This document shows positions 50,207-64,000 of a DNA stretch of 64,000 bases, in pieces. The stretch is from Camelus dromedarius. Its lineage: Eukaryota. The stretch covers positions 4,464,001 through 4,528,000 of the forward strand of contig NC_087436.1 of NCBI RefSeq assembly GCF_036321535.1. Reading direction: 5' to 3'. Every line of letters begins with the position of its first letter. Positions within the stretch are counted from its first letter, which is position 1. The position numbers were made by a program, and so were the translations under genes. The notes below the pieces were generated by a model. That model was not told the DNA's origin. It made no database searches and saw only the letters and a program-made list of their open reading frames with translations.

Positions 50207-52289
50207 GCTACCATAAATTGTTTTTTGTTGATTTTTTATTGTGCATGTGGCATAACTGTGATAGTATAATCATCAATATCTATTAGACTGTTTACACAAA
50301 TCACTACTTACACATCTTGGAAAGACTGATACATTCACTAATTTACTCAATATTAAGTGATTTCTGTTAACAACATTTCTCGAAAACACACGTGCCTTCT
50401 CTCACATATACCCAACACTGGAACCACTGGACCTACCTCATCTCCCGCCAGACTCAGAGATGCAAAGACAGTAAGATGCACAGTTCCTATTTTCAAGGAG
50501 TTGTTTGTTGACAAAACAATTGAATAAATCAACCCACTGTAAAGCAGTTGAGCAGAGATAATCTGACAGATTTTACTATAGGAAAGAGTCTGCTACCCCA
50601 GAAAGGCTCATAATCCAGGGGCTACATCGTAGAACTTTAAATCTCTCTTGAATAATCGCAATCTCAAATGAGAATTAAAATGCCTTATGCTACATTTGTG
50701 TGGCCTTGATAATCACCAGAGAACTAAAGAGGTCTAATTTCTGTGATTCAAGCATTTTAGTGGGAGAAATCTCTATTCTGTCTCCTAGAACCACAAATCA
50801 ATGATTTGAGATTTTCTAAATTAATCCCAGGACATGCTGTTAAGATTTGACAACAATAGAACTGGTGAAAAGTCAGTCCATAGCAATCATTTAAACAAAG
50901 AACTATTTAGGATGTAAGTGAAATGTTTTAATATGTTCACAGAAACACACGAGTAGACTGCAGTCAATAACTTGATTCTTCTCAAATAATACTGTCACCA
51001 AAAAAGTCATAGAACACTAATGTAATGAATGAACTTAGAACCATCTGGAATCCAATGTTGGTAAGTCAATGATAACATGGTGTTGACATTCCACATAACA
51101 CCCCAGAAGGGCCCACAGAGCCTCTGTTTACAACTATGCGGTAAACTGTACCTTGAGTGGTGCACATGACCTGTGGCCCTGGACTGTGCAACGTGACATG
51201 CACTTTACTTGGCAGCCCTGATAGCCTGGAAGTGGCTTGATATTGTTTTGATCAATAGTTTTGATGATAGAGAATGGGGCAGTATGACCATGCTATGACT
51301 CTGAACTTTATGTCAAGACTGGCCCTAGAGTAAGATGTCCCTAAGTTTGCTAAGAGAAGACGGTCTCTGTCCCATGTCTGTCCTATGCAAAGTGACTGCA
51401 TTAAATGAGACAGGACCTCTAAATTGTGCTTTGTCAAGATCAGTTTGGAAATGTGTTCAGAATTTTACTTTTCAGCAAAACACTCAAGTATGTGCAAGAT
51501 TTGCTTGAAAAGCAAGTTCCAGAGTTCAAGAGTCAAGGTTCTCCCTACAACAGTGTTCCTTTCATTTGCATCACAAAGTGTTTTCTTGAGTAGGAGATAA
51601 AGAACGACCCCACAGGAAGCACCCTGAAGGCTCCCTGAGCCTGTGACCTCTCTTGTCAGTGCTGCCTTCCTTAACAGACCCGTGGGGGTGTGTGGCTTGG
51701 GGTTAGCACATTGTCTTCTGTGCTAGGCAGACAAAGGAAAAGCACCTCCACTCTGAAGAATGAACTGGACTCTCAAATACAGACTAGTCACCGGAGTTCA
51801 GACCTCAAGAAACCTGTAGTCAAGTAGTGCAGACAGATGTAAAGAAAATGCTGCAATATACTACGTAAGTCCTAGATGCACACATGAACAAAACAGGCAA
51901 GAGACACGCTCAACTTTTGTTCAGGGTTTGGGCATCAAAACGGAAGACCTCACACACGAGAGGAAGTTAGAGCAGGCAAGGGGAGTAGGGTCCAGAATGA
52001 CATCAACACCACTCTTGGCCTCTCTAGTCCTTGGAGGGGAAGGAGAAACCCCCCTAGAAGGCTCTGCACGGCGCTGAGGCTGGGGCTTGCTCACAGCAGC
52101 GGCACTGTGACCTGCATCCAGAGGTGGCAATGACTTCTGGGAAGAAGTAAGGATGGATAAGAGGGCAGAGTTCTACCGGGCTCCAGATGGATGAGGTGGT
52201 AACAGAATATGGTCTCAGATTTCTCTCTGGGCAATGGAGCTTTTAAACACAGATCAAAGTCAGAGGAAGTTGTTCTTGTACATTTTTCT

Positions 52290-52640
52290 TCCAACACGCT
52301 GTACTTCCTGTCCTCAGGGCTCCCGCACAGACTGCTCCTTCTGCCAGAAACATTCTTCCTTCCCAACACACCATTCCAGTCATGCGTACCGCACATCGCA
52401 CATCTCAGCTTCAGCGTCACTCGCTCTGGGATGTTCCCTGACCACATCTCCCCTCCACCTGCAAAGATCAGACTCTCCTTGTCAGTGCTCTGACGTCTCT
52501 GTGCTGTCCTTCCAGGGCACTTAGGCTGCTTTCAATTGTCCGGCTCCTGTTTCCCATCTCACTGACTATGGAGCGGTGGGCAAGACAGTAGCTCTTCGCT
52601 CGCCACTGTATTTTATTAGTGTGTATTCAGTCTTCATTTA
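52290..52640 (+). mobile_element. L2 fragment
   Basis: actgctccttctgccagaaacattcttccttccc...tctcagcttcagcgtcactcgctctgggatgttccctgaccac. Confidence 0.55.
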
Positions 52641-53649
52641 CTTAATCAATAAAAGTTATCATTAAATCACTCTGAAAAGGTTACCTTTGACACACTCCTT
52701 TGTGTCTATTTCAGTGACGCCATCCATTTCTGAATCTCAACACGGAATACTCAAACCAGATGTTCTGGTCCTTTTCCATCATATCCTGTATTCTAAAATC
52801 TCAAATACCCAGAGGAAAATGATTTTTGCTTTTTTGGGAGTAAGACTTAAGGGAAAAATCCTTAGTGTCCACTTTTTCATCTTTGCTGTTCTTTTGACAT
52901 ATCTAACTTGACAGGTGTGACGATTTTCTCCTGAGAAAGAGAAGACCTCTGAGCCACAGGCCCTTCAAATGTGGGGCGTAGGAAATTTCTGTTATAAACA
53001 GAGGAAGTCAGGCAGTTCCTTTTCCATAACTTCTAAGAAAATTATTGTTGCTAACATCTATTTCCTTCTAGGAACAAAAGCAATTTAATACACATCCAAG
53101 AAAATTCCTCATCACAGAAACTAACTTGCTGCATCTTGAGAAACAGATGTTAAACCACATTCCCATCAACTTCACTGGAACATCTACAGTTTGTACATGA
53201 AACAGATGCATGTACGTTAGTTACTGACAAGTTAGTTATCACCATTTGCTGATAATGCAAGGCCATGATTTTATGTTCATCAAATATGTGAATCATGGAA
53301 CAGTAACTGGAGAGCGAGTCTCTGTTGATGAAATAAAGGCATTAAAGTTAAACACTTGTCTGGGGCTTTATAACTCTAGTAGGCTGAGCCTTCCCGTATT
53401 ACTTGTGATCCAAATCAAGCACTTTAGAGACTGCAAGAGGATACTAAAGTAATTGAAGTTATATAACCTTTGAAATATGTATTTTTTCTAATAAGGCAGC
53501 TTTACTACATAATGGAGATTATATATATATAATATATTTTAAACTGTGTCTATTTTCAAAAGCATTTCTTCTTACATAAAAAGTAACCTATCTGGACAAA
53601 TTAAAGAAAAATATTATTTTGCTCTTTTTTTATATTGACTCTTCAATAA

Positions 53650-56600
53650 GCAGAACTTTCAGGTTCAGCTCTGACATGTAAAGAACTTGAAAGTTGTCAC
53701 CCCCCCCCCCTTTCAAGAAGAAAATGCTGAACAAACTGAAAATCAGCTGATCTGGGGTGAGTCCACAATTTTCAAAGGATCCCCACACTTTTGTAGATTT
53801 TACCTCGAGAATCCTGTCAGTTTCTTATGGTGAAGATCCAAGAAAAATGCCCTCTAAGCTGTGGTGGGGCAGGGACAGAGAAACCACGTGATACAACTGC
53901 AGTGTCTTCCCCACAACAAAAGCTTATTCTCCAGGGAAACAGTTTTTTCCAGCACCTTATCTTACCTGGAGGAAGGGCATTCCTTGGACTCCAATCTTCC
54001 TGCATAACCGAGGAAGGAACAAAAGCTAGGCTATGGGAGAAACACTTGTGAAACACCCAATGAACGGCTGAGATGTGATTATAAGATACAGAACACATCT
54101 CCTCCCATACACCTGCCACCACACCAGCAGGGCTCTTGTGCAGCAAGAGTGGATCACAGCTGAAATTTTCTGCAAAATGAGGACTCTTCCTAAAGAGTTA
54201 CACCTAGGGAAGCCCAGAATCCAGTGGGGAGTTAACACTAACAAGGACAAGAAAGCTAGAGGACTGTGAGACCTCTGGCACCTTTAGCTAAAGCAAATGT
54301 CAGAACAGTCCAATACTTAGCATAACACAAATCCTCACAGTAAAGACCTACTTTCTTCAGGTTCTGTTTCTCAATACAACATGTCCAGCTTTCTCCACAA
54401 ATTTATAGGGCATGCCAAAGGCAAGGAAAAACATAGTCTGAAGAAACAAAAGAAGATCAGAACCAGACTCAGATATGACACAGATCTTGGAATCATCAGA
54501 CTAGGAATTTAAAATGACCAAAATTAGTATGTTAAGGCCTTTACTGGAAAACTAAGAGATGGGAAGTCTAAGAAAGAATCAAAAGAAAGTGATACAAATA
54601 AAAAATAGTGTAACAGAATGAAGAATGCTTTGGACTGACTTATTGGTAGAATATGACTCAACCAAAGAAAGAATCTGGGAACTTGAAGACAGGTCAATGG
54701 AATCTTTACAAGCAGAAATTTAAAGACAAAAAAGAATAAACAAAAAGAGTAGATCATTTAAGAACTATGGGGAAATTTCAAAATGTACAACATATGTGTA
54801 ATTGGGAACACCAGAAAGAGAAGAAAGAGAGAACAGAGCAGAAGAAATATTTGCTGTAATAATGGTTGAGAACTTTTGAAAACTAATGACAGATACCAAA
54901 CCACTGATACAGGAAGTTTGGGGAACATCAAGCAGAATAAATTCCAAAAATCTGACACCTAGGCATATAATAATCAAGCTCCAAAAATACAAAGACAAAG
55001 AGAAAATCTTTAAAGAAACTGGAGGGAGGGAGGAAGAGATGCCGTCTGTAGAAGAATCACACTGGACTTCTCATCAGAAACTGTGCAAGAAGAGCATGGA
55101 GTAAAATAGCAAATGTGTTCACAGGAAAAATCCACCAACCTACAGTTATATATCCAGCAAAAATGATCTTCATCACTGAAGGAGAAATAAAGACATTCTC
55201 AGACAAACCGAAACTTAAGAGATTCACTGCCAATTGACTCATCCAGTAAGAAACAGGTAAAGAAGTTTTTCAGAAAGAAAGAAAATAATCTAGATTCCAT
55301 AAATAAACTTGACTACATAAATAAAGGAAGTGCTGGAGAAAGAATAAAAGTATCTTTTTCTTTTTCTTATTTTAATTTATTTAAACTATAAGTTTTTAAA
55401 GTAATAATAGTGAAATAGTATACTGAGTAATCATAGCACATGAATAAGTGACAGATGGGGGTGGTTGGAAATATTTGTTATAAGTCACCTACACTGCATG
55501 GGAAACAGTGCAGTGTTACTTGAAGGATAACAGATTAGTTAAAAATTAGTTTAAAATAACTCTAGGGCAAGCATTAATATTTTTAAGACAAGTGCAACAG
55601 ATACGCCAAGATAGGAGATAAAAGGCAATCACATAAATGCCCATTAAAACCAGAGAAGATGGAAAACAGGAGGGCGAAAGAAATAACGAATAAATGCAAT
55701 GACTAGAAGCCAGTTAACAGATATGGTGGATATTAATTAATCCAACTATATCTATAAACACCTTAAGTATACTAATTGAAAGAAAGAGATTGCATGAGTG
55801 GATAAAAAAAAACTCAATTATATGTTGTCTACAAGAAAGCCATTTTAAATATAAAGAGGCAGTTGTCAAATGCAAAGCAGTGGGGATAGAGATACCCTGG
55901 TAATGCTAATGAGAAGAAAGCTGTAGCAGCTGAGTGAATCTCAGACCAAGGGGCTTCAGCATGAGGAAAATTATCAGGTATATAGAGGCGCCTTTGGCAA
56001 GCAGAAGAAAAGAAATTTCAAAAATCAGTGCAGACTGCAATGAACTTGAAAGCAGGAAAAGTAGAGAAAACCAAGCCAGAAGCTGGTCATTTAAAAAGAT
56101 AAATAAAAATGATAAATCTCTCAGCCAACCTAATGAAGAAGAAAAATAGAGAATGTACAAAGCACTGTTATCAGAAATGAGAGCAGGGCTCATTACTGAT
56201 CTCATGGACACTAAAGAATGACAAAATATTATTACGAACAACTCTATGCCCACAAATTTGGTAACAGATGAAATGGACCAATTCTTTGAAAGATACAAAT
56301 TACTGAAACTCACACAAGAAAAAAAATAGACAATTTGAAAAGACTTATACCTATCAAAGAAGTTAAATAAAAAAATCAACAACCTTCTGGAAAAGAAGTC
56401 ACCAGGCCCAGATGGTTTCAGTGGTGAATCCCACCAAACACTTAGGAATACATGACAGCAATTCTCCGCAGTATCTCTCAGTAAATAGAAGCAGAAGAAA
56501 CACCTCCTAACTCATCCTATGAAGCCAACATCACCCTAATATTGAAACTGGGTAGACATTACAAGAAAAACTACAGACCAAAGTGTATAAAATGGACAGG

Positions 56601-57480
56601 GACATGCCGGACAATGGAATTCTAGGGGGAAAAAAATAGGATATCTCGTAAAAACTAAGGGAATATGAATACATTATGCAATTTAGTTAATAATTGATCA
56701 ACACTGGCTTATTCATTGTAACAAATGTACAATATTAATGTAAGATGTTAGTAATAGGAAAAACTGAATGTGGGGTATATGGGAACTCTCTGTACTCATT
56801 TTTTTTAATAATTATAGAACTTTTTAAAAATAAAGTTTATTTAAAAATGAAGTTTAGCTCTACAAAAACACTATTAACTGAAGAAGCAGATGAATCAAAC
56901 TGGAAGAAATTACTTGCAAATCATATATAGGATAAACAACTGTACCCAAAATACATAAGAACCCTTAAAACCCAACAATAAGAAAACACATAACCTAATT
57001 TTAAAAAGGTAAAATATTTGAGTAAGCACTTTACCAAAGAAGATATGCGGAAGACAAATGATCATATGAAAAGATGCTAAACATGGTTTGTCATTAAGGA
57101 ATTGAAAGTTAAAACAACAACAGGATACTATGACACGTATTATAAAGGGTAAAATCCAAAAATCTGCCAATACCAGTTTCTGGCAAGAACGGAGAGCAAT
57201 ATAAATTCTTATTTATTGCTGATTGGAATTCAAAATGATACAGCCACTTAGAAGACTTAAACAGAAACAAAAGGACAGTAAAAAGCCAATAAACTCCTAA
57301 TAATGTGCAAATTTTACTTAATAATAAGCATGTATCAATATTAATCAATTGTGTCAAAGATACTATATTAATATAGGATGTTAGTAATGGGGAAATGTGA
57401 TGTGGGGTATATCAGAACTCTGTTACTTTTGCTACTTTCTGGAAATCTAGAATTGTTTTAAAATAAAAAGTTTATTTAGA
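53650..57480 (+). mobile_element. Old LINE-1 block (5' region, ORF1, ORF2 pieces, two L1MC/L1MD-type 3' ends)
   Basis: ORF1 remnant MTDTKPLIQEVWGTSSRINSKNLTPRHIIIKLQKYKDKEKIFK; ORF2 remnant ARSWSFKKINKNDKSL and ccaggcccagatggtttcagtggtgaat; 3' ends at about 56600-56850 and 57300-57480. Confidence 0.85.
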
Positions 57481-60274
57481 AGAATAACATAAGCAATATG
57501 CAATATAAATATAACATAAATTCACAAGCTTTAGTTAATCTTTTGTTCATCTCTGTTTCTATTGTCATGTTATTGGATGATTCTTGAATAATTTGTCTTT
57601 CCAATATGCTGTTATTACATTTGATTCTTTATAAAATTGTCACCAACCTTTTCTAAAGTAGCAATTTATAGTCTGGGCACAGGTCTCTAGCAGCTAGTGG
57701 TCCCTTGGTGCTCTCCTTAGTGGGAAGACTCCAGTGGTATGCACCTGAAAAGGGAGATGAACGATCACTGATGGTCATTCAGATTCCCCACATGTTAAAG
57801 TTTACTGAATAGGACACACGGTATTATAGGACAATGCAGAAGAAACTGTTTCAACCCAAAGTCATGCCTAGCAAACCCACTCCTGATCGTTACAATGCAG
57901 TTATTAACAAGAATATTGCACTTTAAAACATGAGAAAGCCAGACTAATGCCAATCCAGTTGTGACAGAGGGATTATAGGTATAAACAACAAAGGTCACAA
58001 GTCATGGGGTAAACATGTACTTGTGGTCTCCCTACTTCTTAATTAGCATAAGTAGTGCTGGAAGTGGACTCTCACTGGCACCGGATGAGGGAGATGCCCA
58101 AACAGTTACAGGGACATTTTTCACTCCTGCCTGAGCAAACCCTAGATTCTGTGGGGGTGGTGCTGAGGGCTTGATCTCTAAACGGTCTTGTTTCCAGCAC
58201 AGGGGGGTGTTCTGGTTGCCTGATGCCGGCTGTACGGGGAAGGGAATTCTGCCTGTAGAATATTTTACAAATGCCTCTAGGGAAATGTTCTTGCACCATG
58301 TGGTAATAGCCCCTAAGAAGGAAGAGAGGCAAAACTTCATCAAGCTTATATACTGGTCCATTTAAAAAAAACCCACTACTTTTTAGCTTGTTAGCTAATA
58401 ACTGTTTGTTTAATAAGTATACATTTATGTAACAGAATTTGGATGAGATCTGACTTCATTATAATCTGTGGTAAGGTTGTGGAAAATGGCCAACCTCCAC
58501 CTACTTCAAAAAAGAACCTGCAGGGTGTTCATGATCAAGGTGGCTTAGGTGGTTTACAACAATGCTTTTTAATGGCATTTCCCATCTACATAAATTAACA
58601 TATCGATACATCTAAATATTCATAGGCTGAACCTGAGTGCTAGTGCTGTTAAAGTGCATTATATAGAGTTTCAGTAATAGAGTGAAAAATATCATTGGAA
58701 TATAATCTCACCTACTCAGAATGTAGTGTCTCAAATCCCAATAAAGCACTTACACTTTACTTACAATGTAAATGTGCAACTCATTTTTTTGCACTAACTA
58801 CAGTGGAACACATTTGAATTATCCTTTGAAATAGATGCCATGATGGTCTCCACTTTCTATATGGAGAAACAGAGGCTCAGTGGTGACTGGTCCATGGACT
58901 GCGAGGTTGAAGGATCATTATATAAAAAGAGGCATTTAGCTTCTTGTTCTCCTTTCAAATATCTAAAGCAAGAGGATGTTTTAAAGAAGATTTCCAATTA
59001 TCTTAGGCTAATGCTCTTCTGATTAAATTTGGTTGACAAGGATGGATGGAGGAGATCAGTGTGGCTCTGTTTTGCACCCTGGGCAGCCTTTGTGTAATTG
59101 TGACATCTCCCCCTTCATTAATTTTGAGTAAACTTTGCCTCTCATTATGATAAAATTTGGGTCTCATTAAATTAAAAGAAGAGTTAGAACATCCTGATCA
59201 TTGTTTTATCACCATAAAAGTATACTCAGTGCCAAGCACTCACCCAAATCTTCCACAATAAACATGGGCATTCATATACTTGTATATTTTTACTAGTAAA
59301 TTTCTGACTGTAGGAAGGGAAACTTGAGGGGACTGGAAATTTGGAAGAAAACACTAGAAAACCTGAGCAGTGTCTTCCTGAAAATAACAGAAAACCTTCT
59401 TTCTTTCCTTATAGCAGTTAGACATCACTGGAAGATAAATTTCAATGCTTTGTATGACTATTCAATTTACTCAAATTTAAATTATCCCTAAGAGAGTCCA
59501 GCTATAAGAAAATGTGATGACTTTAAAAGTTCATTTCACTTGTTTATGAACAAAAACCAAAATAAAGTAAGCCAAAATAAACCAAAATAAACCAAAACTT
59601 AAATAAAGCAAGTTCTAAAAATAAAGTTTATACTGAAAGCTGGAAAAGAAATTTAGAACTAAATCTAGTCTTCTTTGAGTTAATGTCTTACTAATTCAAG
59701 TAATAGTTGACCCTTGTTCTTTTACTGGAGTATTGCATTGTTACATAAAATTCAAGAAGGGAATTTAAAACATGTCCCTTTTGAATTACCTAATGTTCAT
59801 AATAATTGCTGTTATTTGAATTGCTTTCCCCTCTGAAAGAGGAGCATTCGAGAAGGTGTAAAAATGCTCTCCTGGACTGTTGAGAGAGTAGCTGATGGAA
59901 GGATTACCTATACCTGAAGTGACTGGACCACAGAGCAAGTTTCACACCAACCACCTTAACCATCCTGGTACCCCGCTACCAACCTGTCACAGAAGTTTGA
60001 GATCCCATAGTCTCTTCTAAGGTTCATGGGACAGAGTCACATTTATTTTCTAATAAAACTCCTTTTTAACTAAGAAAATTAGTGCTCAATATTGTCCTCC
60101 TTCTAAAGAACTCTGCACAGTCTTTTTATGCTGGTTGAGTTAATTAAAATGGGATCAGTGAGTTAATCAGTACGTTAATTGTCACAAAGTTGGTGAGTAA
60201 AACTTACTTCTTATGACAAACATGGTTTATAACTGTAAGTGAATAAGCAAACTTTTCTGAAAAAAATTATATTC

Positions 60275-60895
60275 ACCACAGAGAGTCCAGGAAAATGGAA
60301 AAACAGAGAAATATGTTTCAAATGAAAGATCAAGATAAAACCTCAGAAAAAGACATTAGTAAAGTGGAGATAAATGATTTATCTGATAAAGAGCTCAAAA
60401 GGTACCAGCATGTAGTAGTTATGAAATAAACAGCTCAAGTCACAATGTACAGCATGGTGATTATAGTTAATAATGCTGTATTTTATATTTGTAAGGTGCT
60501 AAGGGAGTAGAATTTAAAAGTTCTCATCACAAGAAAAAAATGTAATTATGTGTTTTGATGGATGTTAACTAGACTTATTATGATGTTCATTTCATAACAT
60601 GCAAAGTATCAAAACATCATGTTGTGCACCTGAAACTGATATACTGCTGTATGTCAGTTACATCTCAATTGAATAATTAAAAAGTTAAATGTAGTAGTTA
60701 TACAGATTCTCACCAAGTTCAGGAGGACAATGGATGAACAAAGTGAGCATTTCAGCAGAGGTAAATAATAGAAGACAGTACCAAATTGAAGTCCCAGAGC
60801 TGAACTTAGAAGTACAGTAGAGGGTCCAGCAGCAGACTGCGTGAAACAGAAGGAAGGGTCGGTGAGCTAAAAAACAGGGCAGCGGAACTCAAAAC
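60275..60895 (+). mobile_element. L1/HAL1-type ORF1 fragment interrupted by an L1MA9-like 3' end (about 60400-60690)
   Basis: ORF1-like gatttatctgataaagagctcaaa...gattctcaccaagttcaggaggacaatggatgaacaaagtgag is split by aatgtacagcatggtgattatagttaataatgctgta...aaagttctcatcacaagaaaaaaa. Confidence 0.75.
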
Positions 60896-61319
60896 CCTTG
60901 AGAATATTGAAAAAAAAAAACTCATACGGTAGGAATGTCCTTTGCCTCTTTTAGGAAACAGTGAAAATAAAACAGCTTTTTGATATTAAATACAGAATAA
61001 ATATAAATTAAACTTGTTCTATGCACACAGGTATATTACATAGTCTTTTCTAAACTAAAGGCAATGTTTATGCGGTGCTTTCTTTACGTGTTCTCAAAGA
61101 ACTAGCACCAATAACTCTGATCTTCTGTTAAAAGTGCCTGTTTTTGAAGCTTTATCTTCTTATTTCAACCTAACTTTAATCAGGGTTAAACTACAGGTAT
61201 TTGAACCTAGAATTTTAAATTTCTACTTAATAGATGATTCCTTCTTTAGGCTTATGCAAGCATATTTCCCGTACACAATGGAGAAATGAAAGACAGTGTT
61301 CTTTATCCGAATCTTATGC

Positions 61320-61838
61320 TGTAATAGAGAACAAATCTGACTCTATATTGGATCTGTTCCTTTAGTTTTAACCACTGTGCCCTGCTTTCTAGGCTTAGTC
61401 TTGCTAGCTCTGCACCTTTTGTAAAACAATGTTGCCTTTAGCCTGAAATCTACAGGAGAGCCTATTCTCAGGCTCTGACCTTTAAGGATGTTAGCTCTTC
61501 TGCACATCTGTAGAGATGGCAAGTTGCAAATTAGAGAATAACATTTGTTTTGTTGGAGGTTTTACAGGGGCACCATGAGCTGGCCCCCATGGACAGCTGC
61601 AAGAACAAAGAATGCCTGCAGCAAGAAGTTTGCAACAACCAACCACACCCCCTCCCCTTTTTAGAATCAAAGGAGCCTGAATTCTGACTTGAGTAGGATG
61701 GTTTTCCAAGACACTAGTCTGCCATCCTCTCGGTCTGCCAGCTTTCTGAATAAAGTCGCTATTCCTTGCCCCAACACCTCATATCCCGATTTATTGGCCT
61801 GTCGTGTGGTGAGCAGGATGAGACTGGACTTGGTAACA
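61320..61838 (+). mobile_element. ERV1 solo LTR (LTR39-like family), copy C
   Basis: TG...CA ends, AATAAA, and a perfect 4-bp TSD ATGC/ATGC; same subfamily as copy A. Confidence 0.92.
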
Positions 61839-63589
61839 ATGCCACCCCCTTGACATCCCCTCAAAACTCACATGAGTAAAGGCTGTAACTGCGAGAACTG
61901 CAGTGGTGATGCAGTCCTACCCTCTCCTCCTTTGAAAGGAGAGTTAAACCACTGAGTGCTGGAAAGCTTCTAATTTGCCAGCAGTTAGTCTCCTTGGCAA
62001 ATTGATTTGACTGCCCTCTGTCAAGCTGCTAAAGACAAAATAGTTTCAATAAAGGCTGATGAGGAAAATGTAAAAGCGTTTGAAAAGTAACTGATCAGCT
62101 CAACAAAAAGCACACATTATTTCTTGGAAATAAATGAGTATCTGAGGAAGATCACATCCAGCAGCATTCTAGATTAGAGCAGTCTCACTATGAAGCAGCG
62201 GAAGGTAAAACTCGCAATCAAATAAAAGATGTAAACTAGAAATATCGATGATGTGTTGACAGTTGGCCTCCTGCATTGTGATTCTCCTGGACTGGAAAGA
62301 AGTCCTTACGTCAGAGTCTCCTGTTCCACTCACACAACCACGAGGACATTTAGCCCTTCACTTTGTCTTATGTTGTTCTTCTTGTATCTACAGAGATAAC
62401 TAATATCGACACCTTGCCTTCCTTAATATCTGGGGAAAATCCAATATGCTGTCAGTCTCTCTCACTGACTCACAGCTGTGGCTTCAAACAGAAAACCCTG
62501 TTCTCTGAAGGTGATTGTTCCCTGTCCCTCCTCATTCCCTTTGCTCAGACCCCGGGACCCCCAAGCCCCAAACCGCTGTGCCCAGACTCAGGTAGCACAT
62601 TAGGCAGCAGAACCCAGGAACAGAACTATGACTAACGGTTTACATGACTCTGACATTGCAAAGATGGGGGAGGCAACTAATAAAATGTTATCAAATCAAG
62701 GGAATTAATTAACTGAAGCATTAGCATTATAAATGGCCTACGGTGGTCTCATGAAATGCTAGAGTGATTGTTTAAATGTGTGGAATTAGTTAATAAATAG
62801 GAAAATAATTGATTAACGTTCCTATCCCTCTTGACCCCTTACACTTTGTCTACCAAACAGCTCACAAAGGGGCAGCCACGGAGCTGCCTCTCCTCTCAGC
62901 CTCTACGCCCCCCCCCCTCCACAACATCCTTCTCTGACCTGCTCTTTCTAATCCTGTCTCTCTGTGCACCAAATTTCTGTCCCATTAACTCAAAACTGGT
63001 GAGTTTATTTACAATTTAGAGGAGCAAGTTCAATATCCTGTAATAATTACATTGTATGTGCTGATTGGCCAAAAACATGCTTTTGCAGTATCTGCAATAA
63101 TTTTCAAGCCTTGTTGCCATCCCAGGTTGTCTGTTATCACCTGAGCATCATCCCTGCCCCGTTCTGTGGTCTCTGTTGCATCCCGAGCAGGGAGCATGGA
63201 AACTGCAGCTCCTGGCATCCTTCACCGATGGGGTTTAGACTGGATTCTGAATCACTTGAGGTGTGGATGGCAGACAAGGAGAAGCACTAACCCCTTGCAG
63301 GGGCTGACACCTGCCTGGATGGGGGTTTGTGTCACCCAGGTGCACCCTGCAGGCAGCTGGCATCATCAGTAACATTTCTCTGCTCCTCCCGCCTCCCTCC
63401 CCAAGGTCCTCCAACGGTTTTGTGAACCCCTCTTTCTCTTAAAAATGCAGAAGTGATTTCTGTTTCACTAGGGGGAAATACAAGCTGATGAGTGGTCCTA
63501 ATAGAACAAATATTGTCCACCTTAGGAACTAAAAACAACACCATGTTGATTAAAGGGAGACACAGGGAACGCCCTCCTGTCTTCCTTTC

Positions 63590-63800
63590 CACCCACGTCC
63601 ATCACGTCCTGCTTCAGTTTTCTCCACACCACACCCTCTGACATCCTGTACTTTTATTTGTTCCTATTTTTGATTGTCCATCAGAATGGAAGTAGCATAG
63701 CAACAAAGGTCTTTTGTTTTATCACACTGTTGAGTCTCCAAACAGTAACAAGTGAGTGCATATCATTCAATACAAGTATTTTCATGAATGAGTGAATCTC
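63590..63800 (+). mobile_element. L2 3' end
   Basis: tcagaatggaagtagcatag...cttttgttttatcacactgttgagtctccaaacagtaaca...cattcaatacaagtattttcatgaatgagtgaat. Confidence 0.6.
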
Positions 63801-63876
63801 AGGAAATTGTGTTTTTCTGCTGAGAATTTATGTTTGTTTCTGCCAGGCTCCTGCAGCGTCCCCAACACAAGACCAC

Positions 63877-64000
63877 TTTATTTACTTTTTAAATTTAATT
63901 TTATGTATTTTGGTGGGAAGGAGGAGTCATTAGATTTATTTGTTTTACTATTATTATTTTATTTAATGGAGGTGCTGGGGATCGAACCCGGTACCTCGCG
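63877..64000 (-). mobile_element. Camelid tRNA-Ala-derived SINE, truncated by the window end
   Basis: T-rich tail followed by taatggaggtgctggggatcgaacccggtacctcgcg. Confidence 0.9.

Noticed and set aside
58032..58361. Minus-strand 109-aa ORF with an acceptor-like tacag
   Set aside because: Weak pyrimidine tract, no donor and no recognisable product
32827..61838. Paired LTRs of one provirus or composite element
   Set aside because: The copies are 28.5 kb apart, there is no gag/pol/env or primer-binding site between them, and copy C has its own perfect TSD (ATGC). They are independent solo LTRs.
1..64000. CRISPR arrays, operons or prokaryotic defence systems
   Set aside because: The sequence is mammalian; there are no regularly spaced direct repeats or dense coding regions

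Overview
This is eukaryotic (mammalian) genomic DNA, not prokaryotic. It is almost certainly from a camelid (Camelus/Vicugna/Lama), judging by four tRNA-Ala-derived vic-1-type SINEs and camelid/cetartiodactyl-type L1 3' ends. The window is repeat-rich: old L1M/L1MC, L2 and MIR fragments, Tigger and hAT DNA-transposon relics, MaLR/ERVL LTRs, and several ERV solo LTRs, many with readable target-site duplications (TSDs). I recognise no intact protein-coding gene, and the ORF track is mostly chance ORFs or repeat-derived. The most interesting signals are: (1) a candidate decayed multi-exon gene on the minus strand (exon-like segments at 28039-28091, 21341-21700 and from 18979 downwards, with phase-compatible splice sites); (2) a second candidate decayed exon pair on the plus strand (195-357 plus 2044-2542); (3) a MER41-like solo LTR whose ancestral-position STAT1/GAS sites have decayed but which carries a perfect GAS elsewhere; (4) a young L1 insertion with a twin-priming 5' inversion and a perfect 16-bp TSD; (5) a 58-nt textbook-looking micro-intron. 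Repeat family names come from recalled consensus sequences and need RepeatMasker/Dfam confirmation. I cannot support a claim of a new biological system from sequence alone.
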